Shown: piece after piece, positions 36,880 to 44,970 of the stretch | Layout of the letters: every line of letters starts with the position of its first letter | How positions within the stretch are numbered: position 1 is the first letter of the stretch | Origin: Bacteroidales bacterium | GTDB lineage: Bacteria; Bacteroidota; Bacteroidia; Bacteroidales; UBA932 | Reading direction: 5' to 3' | Length of the DNA: 64,000 nucleotides | Assembly: GCA_017554305.1 (NCBI GenBank) | Contig: JAFZIN010000017.1 | Span: 1,919 to 65,918, forward strand | Notes under the pieces: generated by a model | What the model was told of the DNA's origin: nothing | Databases searched by the model: none | Seen by the model: the letters and a program-made list of their open reading frames with translations, nothing else | Translations under genes and position numbers: made by a program

Positions 36880-36901
36880 TAATTTTGTACATTATAATGT
36901 A
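36880..36901 (+). promoter_or_regulatory. -7 box TAatTTTG followed by a perfect 14-bp palindrome TACATTATAATGTA (putative TA operator)
   Basis: TAnnTTTG at 36880..36887. The self-complementary 14-mer at 36888..36901 ends 7 nt before ATG 36909. Confidence 0.55.
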
Positions 36902-36908
36902 CTTAAAT

Positions 36909-37175
36909 ATGGTTGTCATAAGTTCTGCAGAGTTAAGAAGCAATATGAAGAAGTACCTGGATATTGCCAAACGAGAACAGGTACTAATTCAGCGCGGAAA
37001 AAACGAAACATTCGTTCTTTCCTTGCAACAAAATTCTATTGAATATGATCTTTCAAGGTCAATAACAGTAGATAAGGTTATAGAAAAGGTACGCCAAGGG
37101 CTTACTGAAATGTTTGAAAAAAAAGAAACTTTAAGAGGTAGACGGGATGAGGGTGATGTTTCTTCCAGAGGTTAG
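36909..37175 (+). CDS. Phd/YefM-type antitoxin
   Basis: Start set at MVVISSAELRSNMKKYLDIAKREQVLIQRGKNETFVLSL, the classic Phd/YefM N-terminus. The 36819 start in the track adds an implausible hydrophobic leader across the promoter. Confidence 0.65.
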   Translation: MVVISSAELRSNMKKYLDIAKREQVLIQRGKNETFVLSLQQNSIEYDLSRSITVDKVIEKVRQGLTEMFEKKETLRGRRDEGDVSSRG

Positions 37176-37353
37176 TCAACAGTTTATAGAACTGGCTGAA
37201 ATTCTTTATAATAAGGGTTATATGAATTTTCTGGATACTGCTCTGGAGTATTCGGAAAGTCTGTTTCGAGATATTCAGATTAATTTGCCGCTGAAGGTAC
37301 ACAGAAAGGCACCGGCATGGTTCGACCGCATAGGTAAAGATACATTATTTTGA
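37147..37353 (+). pseudogene. Putative toxin partner, probably truncated or frameshifted
   Basis: 68-aa ORF MRVMFLPEVSQQFIELAEILYNKGY... overlaps the antitoxin 3' end by 29 nt. It is followed by ~180 nt with no convincing ORF. Toxins paired with Phd-type antitoxins are normally ~90-110 aa. Confidence 0.35.
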
Positions 37354-37531
37354 TTCCATGCAAGTTTTTTATCAACTCTTTGAACGTCAGATGCCACTGT
37401 TATCATTCGGAATGGGTGATTTGGGAAAAAAAACAAGCCACTCTTTCTAAAGATATCAGAGAGCACTCGTTGAGAGGTTACCCCAGTTCGGGATAAGAAA
37501 GTCGCATAAAAAGCTGTCATCTGTCAAGACA

Positions 37532-38590
37532 TCATGGTGAATCTGATGACATTTTGCATTCAGTCCGAAGGTCTTCGAGGGCTTTAAAATCAGCAGGATA
37601 ATATTTCACGATAGGGGCGATGGTCATTCTTGCCAGCTTCCCTAATTTCTTCTCAAGAATTTTATATTCTTCGTATTGAGAGAGAATTAATGCCTTATTT
37701 TCCTTCGTCAAAGGAAGATCTTTCACCAGACCTGATTCCCTAATCATTACCCTGCTCTTAGCAGCTACCGACAACTCCACATGCAATTGCACATAACAGA
37801 TAATGTCGAAAAAGTCCTCAGGAGGAAATTTCTCTTTAATAGACACTAAGAAGATGCCTGTTTGGGTGTTGTCCAACTGACCGCTCTTGATGGAGTCAAG
37901 CAAAGCGAGCTGTTTGTCGAGACCTTTGTCAATCCAACGGTGGATCATATCTACATCGTAGTAATAAGTCCACATCAGAAGCCCGCCCAAAGTGCCGAAT
38001 ACGAAAATGAACTGCACCAGCGGCATGAAATGGAAGGCATTGTGGAACACGTGCAGCACAGGTGCTTCCAATAACAGAAATATAGACATTCCTATATCGC
38101 TCTTTTTGAGGCCTAATCGAGAACGGGAACGTTCAATGATACGAACTGCCAGCATAAGTCCGGCAGCGACGATGGCACTGCATCCCATGTGGACAAGGGC
38201 CACCTCCAAACCTCGGAACAGTACGGTTCCAAGGCTCATTCCATTGCCCAACAGCAGGTAGAAGATGTTCTCAAGGATGGAGAACCCACCACCTACGGCA
38301 GCACCGCAGATGACACTGTCGATGAAGAACACGATCTTCTTTCGGGTGGCTAACCAAAGGAGTGGGAGGGCCTTGACGATCTCTTCCAAAACAGGATTGA
38401 AGAATTCAGACTGGTTCTCGGAGAGGATAGACCCAGTTAACTGGAACAAGCCGAAGCAGACCAATGCCGCTACCATACCACACAGCACCTGCAAGAGGAG
38501 GTTCTTCACGCTGATGAGTGAGAAATTGTCAATCTTATAGACTACAAAGATGTAGATGACAACAGGGAGGATGGCAGCGACAAATAACAT
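37532..38590 (-). CDS. PrsW-like intramembrane protease with ~150-aa cytoplasmic C-terminal extension
   Basis: 352 aa. Polytopic N-terminus with EEIVKALP, FSILENIFY and ALVHMGCSAIV motifs in successive TM helices, as in PrsW/CPBP-type proteases. Its ATG overlaps the upstream stop (TAATG, 38588..38592). Confidence 0.65.
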   Translation of the reverse strand: MLFVAAILPVVIYIFVVYKIDNFSLISVKNLLLQVLCGMVAALVCFGLFQLTGSILSENQSEFFNPVLEEIVKALPLLWLATRKKIVFFIDSVICGAAVGGGFSILENIFYLLLGNGMSLGTVLFRGLEVALVHMGCSAIVAAGLMLAVRIIERSRSRLGLKKSDIGMSIFLLLEAPVLHVFHNAFHFMPLVQFIFVFGTLGGLLMWTYYYDVDMIHRWIDKGLDKQLALLDSIKSGQLDNTQTGIFLVSIKEKFPPEDFFDIICYVQLHVELSVAAKSRVMIRESGLVKDLPLTKENKALILSQYEEYKILEKKLGKLARMTIAPIVKYYPADFKALEDLRTECKMSSDSP

Positions 38591-41586
38591 TACAACAATT
38601 TGAGTGAAATCATAAATTCATTGTTTCCACGTCGTCCTCCGTCAAATCCTGCTGGTGCAAACAGATGACCGTAACCAATAGACAGTGTAGTCTTGAGATA
38701 ATTCAGGAACACCAGTTCGATAGTCACCTGAAAACCTGTGCTGTAATACATCTTGTGGGCTGCGTGGGGATTCCAGGCGGAGAGCCCTGTTCCGAAGAGC
38801 GAACACTGGATCCACGTCGGATAGCAGAACAGCGCACCAAAGTTGTTGAGCCGTAGCGGACGCAGGTTGAGCTCTGCCGTCGCCTTGGCAAAGGAGTGCG
38901 CCGGGATGGCATCGATGGCGGCACCGGGCATCGCCAAGGTCGTACGATATTGGAAGGCGTTCCTATAGTCGACATAGTTATTGCGGAAACCTCCGAAATA
39001 GGTATTGCCGAACACAGACTCTTCATCTCCGAAGTTGTGACCTGCTGCCGTACGGAGCCAGAACGAGGTGTTTCTGTCAAAGGGCACCAGTGTGCCGAAG
39101 TTGCCTGTAGCCTCTACAGAGGGGTAGACTCGTCCGCCAGCCAGATAGCCGTAGCCTTCAATGCCTAACTCGTAGCCCTGCTCTTTCATCACACCGCCCA
39201 ATGAGGTGCGGATCTTTGACCACTTCCCGTAAACCGATGCTGTCTGCATCGACCTGACATCTTGCACCTCAATCTCCTGATACAAGGGCAGTGCGTCCAT
39301 GTCGCCGTAGGCAGCCACCGAGAAGCCCCATGATTTGTCGTACGGCGTAACTAATGAATTGGAATAGTCGTAGGCCAGCTGCACCACATAACCTTTACGG
39401 CTTCTGCGCATCGGACCGAAGAGGTCGTAGAAGTCTGTATGGTTCCAGGCGGCCTTGAGGTTCCAGAAATAGTATTTCCAGTCGAAGTCGATATGGAATT
39501 TGTTCTTCCAGTCGTTGTTACTCCAAGGGGAGAGGCCGACTGATAGTTTCATGCTGCTCAGTCCCACGGGATCGTTCACATTGAAATGATAGCCTAACAC
39601 GGGGGTCATGTGATTCCAGGCTTTGGAATCGGTAAAACCGCTGATGATAGGATAGGCTCCTGCGAACCTCATCTCTTTAATGACATTGTAGGATGTGATG
39701 TTGTTATATACATCGCCAAAGTTCTTCCTGGGCAGCGAATTTCTGAGCAGACCGACCTGTTCCATCGCCTCCTTGTTGTTCTCATAGGCGAGCTGACCAT
39801 AAAGGTTCACTGCATTGGCATCCTTCACTACCTCACGGGAGAGCAAGACGGGTTGCAGTCCGTCGCGCTTGAACTGGAGTGCTAGCAGCTGGCCGGGCGT
39901 AATCTCCAATGGTGCGAAAAGGCCGATGTCGGTATTGGTAAGCATCTCCATCTCGCGTGTCTCTATGTTGATCTGCCAGAGGTTGGAGACACCAGTATAG
40001 TAGGAGCTGCCAATCAGGTACTTGTCGTCGAGTGAGAAGCGGAATTGTCCTAAGTTGCTGTCTTTCCAGGTTATCAGTTTCACAGGCTTGAAGATGGCCT
40101 TAGCCAGTTCCTCGGTATTGTATAGCAAAAGTGTGTGCTCGCCGTTGTCGCCTTGGCTGGTGAGCGACAGCCATTTGCCGTCGTGACTGATATCCGTGTC
40201 GAACACGCTGACACCAAACGGGAAGGCATAGATCATTTCAGGATTCTCCAAATCGCGGTCCAGACGCACAATCGACTGTGTGCCGCCGTTGGAGAACAGG
40301 CCGTAGAGACAATCGTGGGTATTGTCATACACGATATTGCCGATGCGCTGGTACTTCTTTTTCTTCACCACCTTCTTCTGTCGGATGTCATAGATTTCCA
40401 AACCGCGCATCTTCGAATTGTTCGAGGTATAGATGAGGCGCTGGCCTTTACGGTCAAGTGCTACGTAAGCAGGGTCATAGAGCTGGATGCCGTAGATGTC
40501 GTTCAGCCTCTTCTGCTCGCCCGTCTGCAGGTCGATTTCCGTCATGTGTGCAAAGTCACCGGGAGCATTCATGGCAGCATAGGCCTTTTGGGTAGCAGGG
40601 TCATAGACGAATGGCGACACAGACCCCAGCGGTTCTTTGGTCAGTGGCTTGGTCTTTGTGATGGGATATTGGCGGATGGCAGCGAGGTTCTCTTCCTGAT
40701 GCTTATTCTCGTCCTCCTTCCAGTCGTTCCATACTTTTCTGAGCGACTGCCCATAGACCTTCTTGAACTGTTTGCCGAAGAAGGTGCGACTGTCAGCCGT
40801 TCTGTTATAGAACTGAATCATCTTCTCGTAGCCATAGGTCTTGGTGAGGTAGTTCACGAAACGCGTACCGTAGAGATAGGCATTGGCGCCCACTTGGAAG
40901 TCCTTTGTGGAGCCTTCCGTTTCCAGGCCCACCACTGAGTAGAGCTTGTCGCCTTCGTTGATGATACTGCGGAAATACATCTCATCGTAGCCCCCTAAGG
41001 CACGTCCGACACCACCGCCGAGCCAGGTCTCCATGAAGCAGGCGATACCCTCGTGATACCAACGGGGCGAATACCAACGGGGCACGCTCAGATAGCTCCA
41101 TAGGGCTGAGATTGGCTGAGAATTGTCGGTGTCCACCTTCGTACCAAAGAAACGTCGCCAGTTGAGGTCGCGACGATTGTACTTGTCAGTCATGACGATG
41201 TGCGTAAATTCATGCTTGAACAACTGACTGTATCGTTCGCCTGCGGGGTTGATGTAATACGACATGTTCAGCGGAGCCATGCCGATCTGTATAAAAGAAC
41301 GCGGTAATGGCGATGCTCCGCCATTACCGTCGTCCTCCCAGTCTGTCAATAACAGCAAGGGTGCTTCTGGCTGATAGATGGAATCACTGGTCCATATCTG
41401 CTGATGAAGCGCTTTGCCGTTCTGGTACATGCGTATCATGTGAGGGATGTAGCGCGAGAGGTTCTTGTCAAAGAACACCAGCGTGGCCTCGTCCGTCTTA
41501 TACTGGTAATAGGTCTGGTTCTGCCCCCTGGATATACAGGGAATCATCGACAGCAGAAGAACAGCAATCCAGTTACGCATATACAA
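38590..41586 (-). CDS. 998-aa secreted protein: HExxH metallopeptidase-like N-domain, TolB/PD40-like beta-propeller, C-terminal beta-barrel-like region
   Basis: Signal peptide MRNWIAVLLLSMIPCISRGQ. HEFTH plus downstream WYHEGIACFME (gluzincin-like). PD40-like repeats (LIYTSNNSKMRGLEIYD, ISHDGKWLSLTSQGDNGEHTLLLYN, FSLDDKYLIGSSYYTGVSNLW). The last ~400 aa have amphipathic beta-strand periodicity. Confidence 0.6.
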   Translation of the reverse strand: MYMRNWIAVLLLSMIPCISRGQNQTYYQYKTDEATLVFFDKNLSRYIPHMIRMYQNGKALHQQIWTSDSIYQPEAPLLLLTDWEDDGNGGASPLPRSFIQIGMAPLNMSYYINPAGERYSQLFKHEFTHIVMTDKYNRRDLNWRRFFGTKVDTDNSQPISALWSYLSVPRWYSPRWYHEGIACFMETWLGGGVGRALGGYDEMYFRSIINEGDKLYSVVGLETEGSTKDFQVGANAYLYGTRFVNYLTKTYGYEKMIQFYNRTADSRTFFGKQFKKVYGQSLRKVWNDWKEDENKHQEENLAAIRQYPITKTKPLTKEPLGSVSPFVYDPATQKAYAAMNAPGDFAHMTEIDLQTGEQKRLNDIYGIQLYDPAYVALDRKGQRLIYTSNNSKMRGLEIYDIRQKKVVKKKKYQRIGNIVYDNTHDCLYGLFSNGGTQSIVRLDRDLENPEMIYAFPFGVSVFDTDISHDGKWLSLTSQGDNGEHTLLLYNTEELAKAIFKPVKLITWKDSNLGQFRFSLDDKYLIGSSYYTGVSNLWQINIETREMEMLTNTDIGLFAPLEITPGQLLALQFKRDGLQPVLLSREVVKDANAVNLYGQLAYENNKEAMEQVGLLRNSLPRKNFGDVYNNITSYNVIKEMRFAGAYPIISGFTDSKAWNHMTPVLGYHFNVNDPVGLSSMKLSVGLSPWSNNDWKNKFHIDFDWKYYFWNLKAAWNHTDFYDLFGPMRRSRKGYVVQLAYDYSNSLVTPYDKSWGFSVAAYGDMDALPLYQEIEVQDVRSMQTASVYGKWSKIRTSLGGVMKEQGYELGIEGYGYLAGGRVYPSVEATGNFGTLVPFDRNTSFWLRTAAGHNFGDEESVFGNTYFGGFRNNYVDYRNAFQYRTTLAMPGAAIDAIPAHSFAKATAELNLRPLRLNNFGALFCYPTWIQCSLFGTGLSAWNPHAAHKMYYSTGFQVTIELVFLNYLKTTLSIGYGHLFAPAGFDGGRRGNNEFMISLKLL

Positions 41587-41594
41587 CGCCGTGA

Positions 41595-42629
41595 TTATGG
41601 CACAATTTTGGGGCCTTTGTTCAGCTTTACACTATTGTTTGCTGCTGCAGTCTGACGGATTACGTTGCCAATCATCAATGCATTATAGGAATCGATCTTA
41701 CGGTGAGCAAGAACTTCCTGCTGGGCATTGTGGGGATTGATCTTACGGCCAGCAAGAACCTCCTTCTGAGCATTGTGGGGATTGATCTTACGGCCAGCAA
41801 GAATTTCCTTCTGAGCAAGGAGAACCGAACTGATTTCACTTTCGAGAACCTTTGGCCGAATTTTGCCTCCAATCGTGTTGGGAAGCTTCATGCTCTGGGC
41901 CAACTCGCAGCTTTGCAGCACAACTATACGCTCAGCAATATCGAAATTAGCTACGGCAGCAAGAGCCTTTTCGCCACTAAGCAGGTTACCCTTCTTTGCC
42001 AAAGCCTCAGCACTTGCCTTGTCACCCTCAAGGGCAGCAGTCATCTGCTGGTAATCCAACCACTGGTCGCGGACCAGTTTCAATTTGTCATCACCCTGGG
42101 CTGTCTCCAGATACTTGTCGGTGGTCTCAATGAAACGGTTGGCCAAATTGTTCTGCTTCTGCAGCGTGGTGTAAGCCAGTGAGGCGTTGATGGTAGACTG
42201 GGCCAAGTCGGGACACTCCTCACCTCCAAGGGCGGCATTCAGTTTTTCGGCTGACTCTGCCAGCGAGCTGGCAACGTTGTCCACCATCTCACGGCTGGCG
42301 TTCATCTCCTTAAGCACCTCGGCAAATGCGGGGATGTTGCCGGCTACCTCATTTGACATGTCAACCAACGTGCCAAACTGGGCGGCGCGTGTCTGCATCA
42401 CCACCTGGGCTACCACGATATCATCCCTGAAGGCTGAGTCGGTCTGAAGGAGTTCTTCCATATTAGTAAGCTTCTCGGAAACTTTCTCACGAGAGAATTT
42501 AGCAGCCTTGGCGATATCGCCATCTGCCTCATTGAGACCCACTGGCCAATCAACAAAATAAGAGGTGATTAACCCTATGGCGAATATAGCTGCAACCGAA
42601 CACAAGATAAGAATACTTTTCTTTTTCAT
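41595..42629 (-). CDS. N-terminally anchored helical protein with C-terminal 15-aa tandem repeats
   Basis: TM anchor KKKSILILCSVAAIFAIGLI, an A/E/L-rich helical body and 3 x Q(K/Q)E(I/V)LA(G/H)RKI(N/D)(P/S)(H/Y)NA. Its stop lies 8 nt before the next gene's start. Confidence 0.6.
   Translation of the reverse strand: MKKKSILILCSVAAIFAIGLITSYFVDWPVGLNEADGDIAKAAKFSREKVSEKLTNMEELLQTDSAFRDDIVVAQVVMQTRAAQFGTLVDMSNEVAGNIPAFAEVLKEMNASREMVDNVASSLAESAEKLNAALGGEECPDLAQSTINASLAYTTLQKQNNLANRFIETTDKYLETAQGDDKLKLVRDQWLDYQQMTAALEGDKASAEALAKKGNLLSGEKALAAVANFDIAERIVVLQSCELAQSMKLPNTIGGKIRPKVLESEISSVLLAQKEILAGRKINPHNAQKEVLAGRKINPHNAQQEVLAHRKIDSYNALMIGNVIRQTAAANNSVKLNKGPKIVP
41679..41813. repeat. 3 x 45-bp in-frame tandem repeat
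   Basis: Units at 41769..41813, 41724..41768 and 41679..41723 (minus-strand order) encode QKEILAGRKINPHNA / QKEVLAGRKINPHNA / QQEVLAHRKIDSYNA. Confidence 0.9.
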
Positions 42630-42697
42630 AAGCCTAATAATATAAGTTCTTATTCTTTTCTCTGACGCTAAATGTCATTTTATGACATCGATGTTGT

Positions 42698-42705
42698 CAA
42701 ATATA
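42698..42705 (-). promoter_or_regulatory. Bacteroidetes -7 promoter box (TAtaTTTG on the minus strand)
   Basis: Plus-strand CAAATATA, 68 nt upstream of ATG 42629. Hairpin atgtcat-ttt-atgacat sits between the box and the start. Confidence 0.4.
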
Positions 42706-42854
42706 CAACATATTTTGTTTCCATCCAAACTTTTTTGTATTTTTTGTATATTTGAACTTAAATAACTGAAAAAGCAACATGGAAAATCTTAGCGATTTGT
42801 CCATGCTGCCTATTTTCAATCCGTTACGCTAAATCAATGCGTAATTGAATGATC

Positions 42855-42873
42855 AATACTCATCCTCGTTGAA
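42855..42873. repeat. attL-like direct repeat AATACTCATCCTCGTTGAA
   Basis: Matches 50417..50435 at 18/19 positions. On the minus strand it reads ...LFNEDEY-stop, a displaced remnant of the DUF2795 3' end. Confidence 0.85.
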
Positions 42874-42932
42874 GAGATTTTTGGTACTTATAAACTATTT
42901 ATAATCAGTGTAATAATTTTTTAACATAGCAT

Positions 42933-42943
42933 AATAGACAAGG
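42933..42943. repeat. Arm-type site candidate AATAGACAAGG (left end copy)
   Basis: The same 11-mer, in the same orientation, recurs at 50243..50253 and 50297..50307 next to the other element end. Confidence 0.6.
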
Positions 42944-42949
42944 ATATTT

Positions 42950-42995
42950 GTGTAAAAATTAAGGGAATTTGAGAATATCTATCTCTAATTCCCTT
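42950..42995 (-). terminator. Terminator-like hairpin after the Xis-like gene
   Basis: 9-bp arms aagggaatt / aattccctt (42961..42969 and 42987..42995). On the minus strand the hairpin is followed by aattttt. Confidence 0.5.
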
Positions 42996-43009
42996 TCTTT
43001 TTCAAGCAC

Positions 43010-43240
43010 TTACGCAACGTTCTCAACTTTCGGATAAAAGTTTGTTTTGTCATTCAAAAAGTCCAACAGGTGTTGGTGTTGAATGTAGATTTTGCTGCTG
43101 CCTGGAACTTGCGAATAACTAATCAATCCATTTCTAATCCACCTTCTAAATGTATTGTCTCCAATATCGAGTAGTTTTTTAACGTCATTCGCAGTATAAA
43201 CAGGTTTCCATAAATTGCTCTCGCTTCCATCTGCAACCAT
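43010..43240 (-). CDS. Excisionase/MerR-type HTH DNA-binding protein
   Basis: 76 aa. YTANDVKKLLDIGDNTFRRWIRNGLISYSQVPGSSKIYIQHQHLLDFL is the Xis-type HTH_17 pattern. It is the first gene inside attL. Confidence 0.7.
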   Translation of the reverse strand: MVADGSESNLWKPVYTANDVKKLLDIGDNTFRRWIRNGLISYSQVPGSSKIYIQHQHLLDFLNDKTNFYPKVENVA

Positions 43241-43676
43241 ACTAAATGATTTATTCTCTTATTCGCTTTTCAGCCCCTTGTTGTTCCTAACAAAGTTTGG
43301 AGTAGCCAGGGAAAACTTCGAACCCCATTTTTGTAAATATACAAAAAAAATCTGAGAAAGCCAAAGTCATCAGCACCAGTGCGATTGAGCAACCTATGAA
43401 ACTTGTCCGCCCTCTCTATTTTGTGATAATTCTGAAATCGTACGAAAAATTGTAGAATTAGCAGGCACTTTTGGATAATCTTGAAATTTGTCCGCCCTGC
43501 TTGCAAAAGGCAGTTGGTGTGCTACTTACATAAGTCTAAAGTGGAAAGTGAAACCTCAGCAACGGGCTAAAAATCTATCGTACTGAATTAGTGTGATTTG
43601 TATATTTCACTTCTGCGAGAGGTGATACACCAAAAAAAAACACTACCTTTGAGTGCAAGTATTCAAATTTACATCA

Positions 43677-44969
43677 ATGGAAAGTATCCGTTTTATTGAC
43701 TTGTTCGCAGGAATGGGGGGAATTCGGCTTGGATTACAACAAGCCTGCATAGATTTGGGCATTCATTCTCATTGTGTCTTTACAAGTGAGATTAAGTCAG
43801 CGGCGATAAGTGTTTATAAGCAAAATTTCCCATCGGACGTTATTTCAGGAGATATAACAAAGATTTCATCAGACGATATTCCTGATTTTGATATTCTCCT
43901 TGCGGGTTTCCCGTGCCAAGCGTTTTCTTATGCGGGCAATAGGGATGGTTTTGCTGATGCTACAAGGGGAACTTTATTCTTTGACGTTTTGAGAATTTTA
44001 CGAGAAAAGAAACCTATGGGTTTTATTCTTGAAAATGTTGAGGGCTTGGTTTCACACGACGGAGGACGTACATTCAAAACAATCATTTCAAGTTTAGAGG
44101 AACAATACAAAGTTTCTTATAGCATCCTTAATGCAAAGAGTTTCGGTGTTCCGCAAGATAGGAAGCGAATATACATTGTCGGAGTTAAAAAGAATAAGAG
44201 AAAAGTCAGCCTTGAAAATTTTTCCGCCTCCGGCGCAAAAATCGGAGACATCCTTGAAAAAGGACTTCCTATCAGCAAAACTCCTTTTATGAAAAAACTA
44301 CTATCTCATTATTCCGTTGAGGAATTAGAGGGGAAGAAAATTAAAGATAAGAGAGGCGGTTCGGACAATATCCATAGTTGGGATATGGAGTTAAAAGGGC
44401 GTGTTTCAAAAGAACAAAAGGAATTGTTAAACGAAATGTTGAAAGCCCGCAGACAACATAAGTGGGCAGAGGAATGGGGAATTGATTGGATGGACGGAAT
44501 GCCATTAACCGAGACTCAAATTAGTACATTTTACTCCCATCCGCGACTTGGGAGTATGTTGGAGGACTTGACAAAGAAAGGTTATTTGGTTTATGAATAC
44601 CCTAAAAAGAAAGTGGTTTCATCATCAGTCGTTTCTGGAAGAGAAGTTAAAATAAGCAGACGTGTTCCCGACGAGACAAAACCGAAAGGTTATAATATCG
44701 TTGCAGGAAAATTGTCTTTTGAGGTATCTGAAATTCTTTCACGTAAATCTATTGCTCCTACATTGGTGGCAATGGATATGCACAGAATACACGTAGTGGA
44801 TGGCACTGGCGTAAGAAAGTTGTCTTTGAGAGAAGGATTAAGGCTGTTTGGTTATCCCGACAATTATAAGTTCAGCATTACAGAGAAGGAAGGTTATGAC
44901 TTGTTAGGTAATACGGTAGTTGTCCCTGTAATTAAAGCGGTTGCTAAAAGATTAATATCATCCTTGTAA
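43677..44969 (+). CDS. DNA (cytosine-5)-methyltransferase
   Basis: Start set at ATG 43677 (MESIRFIDLFAGMGG). Motifs I FAGMGG, IV GFPCQAFS, VI ENVEGL, VIII QDRKRIYIVG, IX REGLRLFGYPDNY, X GNTVVVPV. Long variable region between VIII and IX. Confidence 0.93.
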   Translation: MESIRFIDLFAGMGGIRLGLQQACIDLGIHSHCVFTSEIKSAAISVYKQNFPSDVISGDITKISSDDIPDFDILLAGFPCQAFSYAGNRDGFADATRGTLFFDVLRILREKKPMGFILENVEGLVSHDGGRTFKTIISSLEEQYKVSYSILNAKSFGVPQDRKRIYIVGVKKNKRKVSLENFSASGAKIGDILEKGLPISKTPFMKKLLSHYSVEELEGKKIKDKRGGSDNIHSWDMELKGRVSKEQKELLNEMLKARRQHKWAEEWGIDWMDGMPLTETQISTFYSHPRLGSMLEDLTKKGYLVYEYPKKKVVSSSVVSGREVKISRRVPDETKPKGYNIVAGKLSFEVSEILSRKSIAPTLVAMDMHRIHVVDGTGVRKLSLREGLRLFGYPDNYKFSITEKEGYDLLGNTVVVPVIKAVAKRLISSL

Positions 44970-44970
44970 T

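Noticed and set aside
37466-37475. Possible third att remnant (CTCGTTGAGA resembling the CTCGTTGAAG part of the att core), which would make 37.5-42.85 kb a second, tandem element
   Set aside because: Only ~10 of 19 positions match, the AATACTC half is absent, and no integrase is associated. This is too weak to claim.
37275-37520. 81-aa minus-strand ORF downstream of the TA module
   Set aside because: It has no motif and overlaps the putative toxin remnant on the opposite strand. The region is more likely decayed toxin sequence.
40135-40938. 267-aa plus-strand ORF inside the 998-aa gene (also 38896..39168, 39610..39885 and 41307..41594)
   Set aside because: High GC on this stretch keeps antisense frames open. 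The minus-strand 998-aa ORF has a signal peptide, HExxH and propeller repeats and explains the region.
41679-41813. Possible CRISPR-like array (regular 45-bp repeats)
   Set aside because: The units are contiguous with no spacers, there are only three copies, they are in frame within a long ORF and encode a sensible peptide repeat, and no cas genes are in the window.
43270-43506. 78-aa minus-strand ORF in the element's large intergenic region
   Set aside because: Its composition is implausible (F/L/R-rich) and it has no motif. It spans the direct repeats, which are better explained as DNA-level binding sites.
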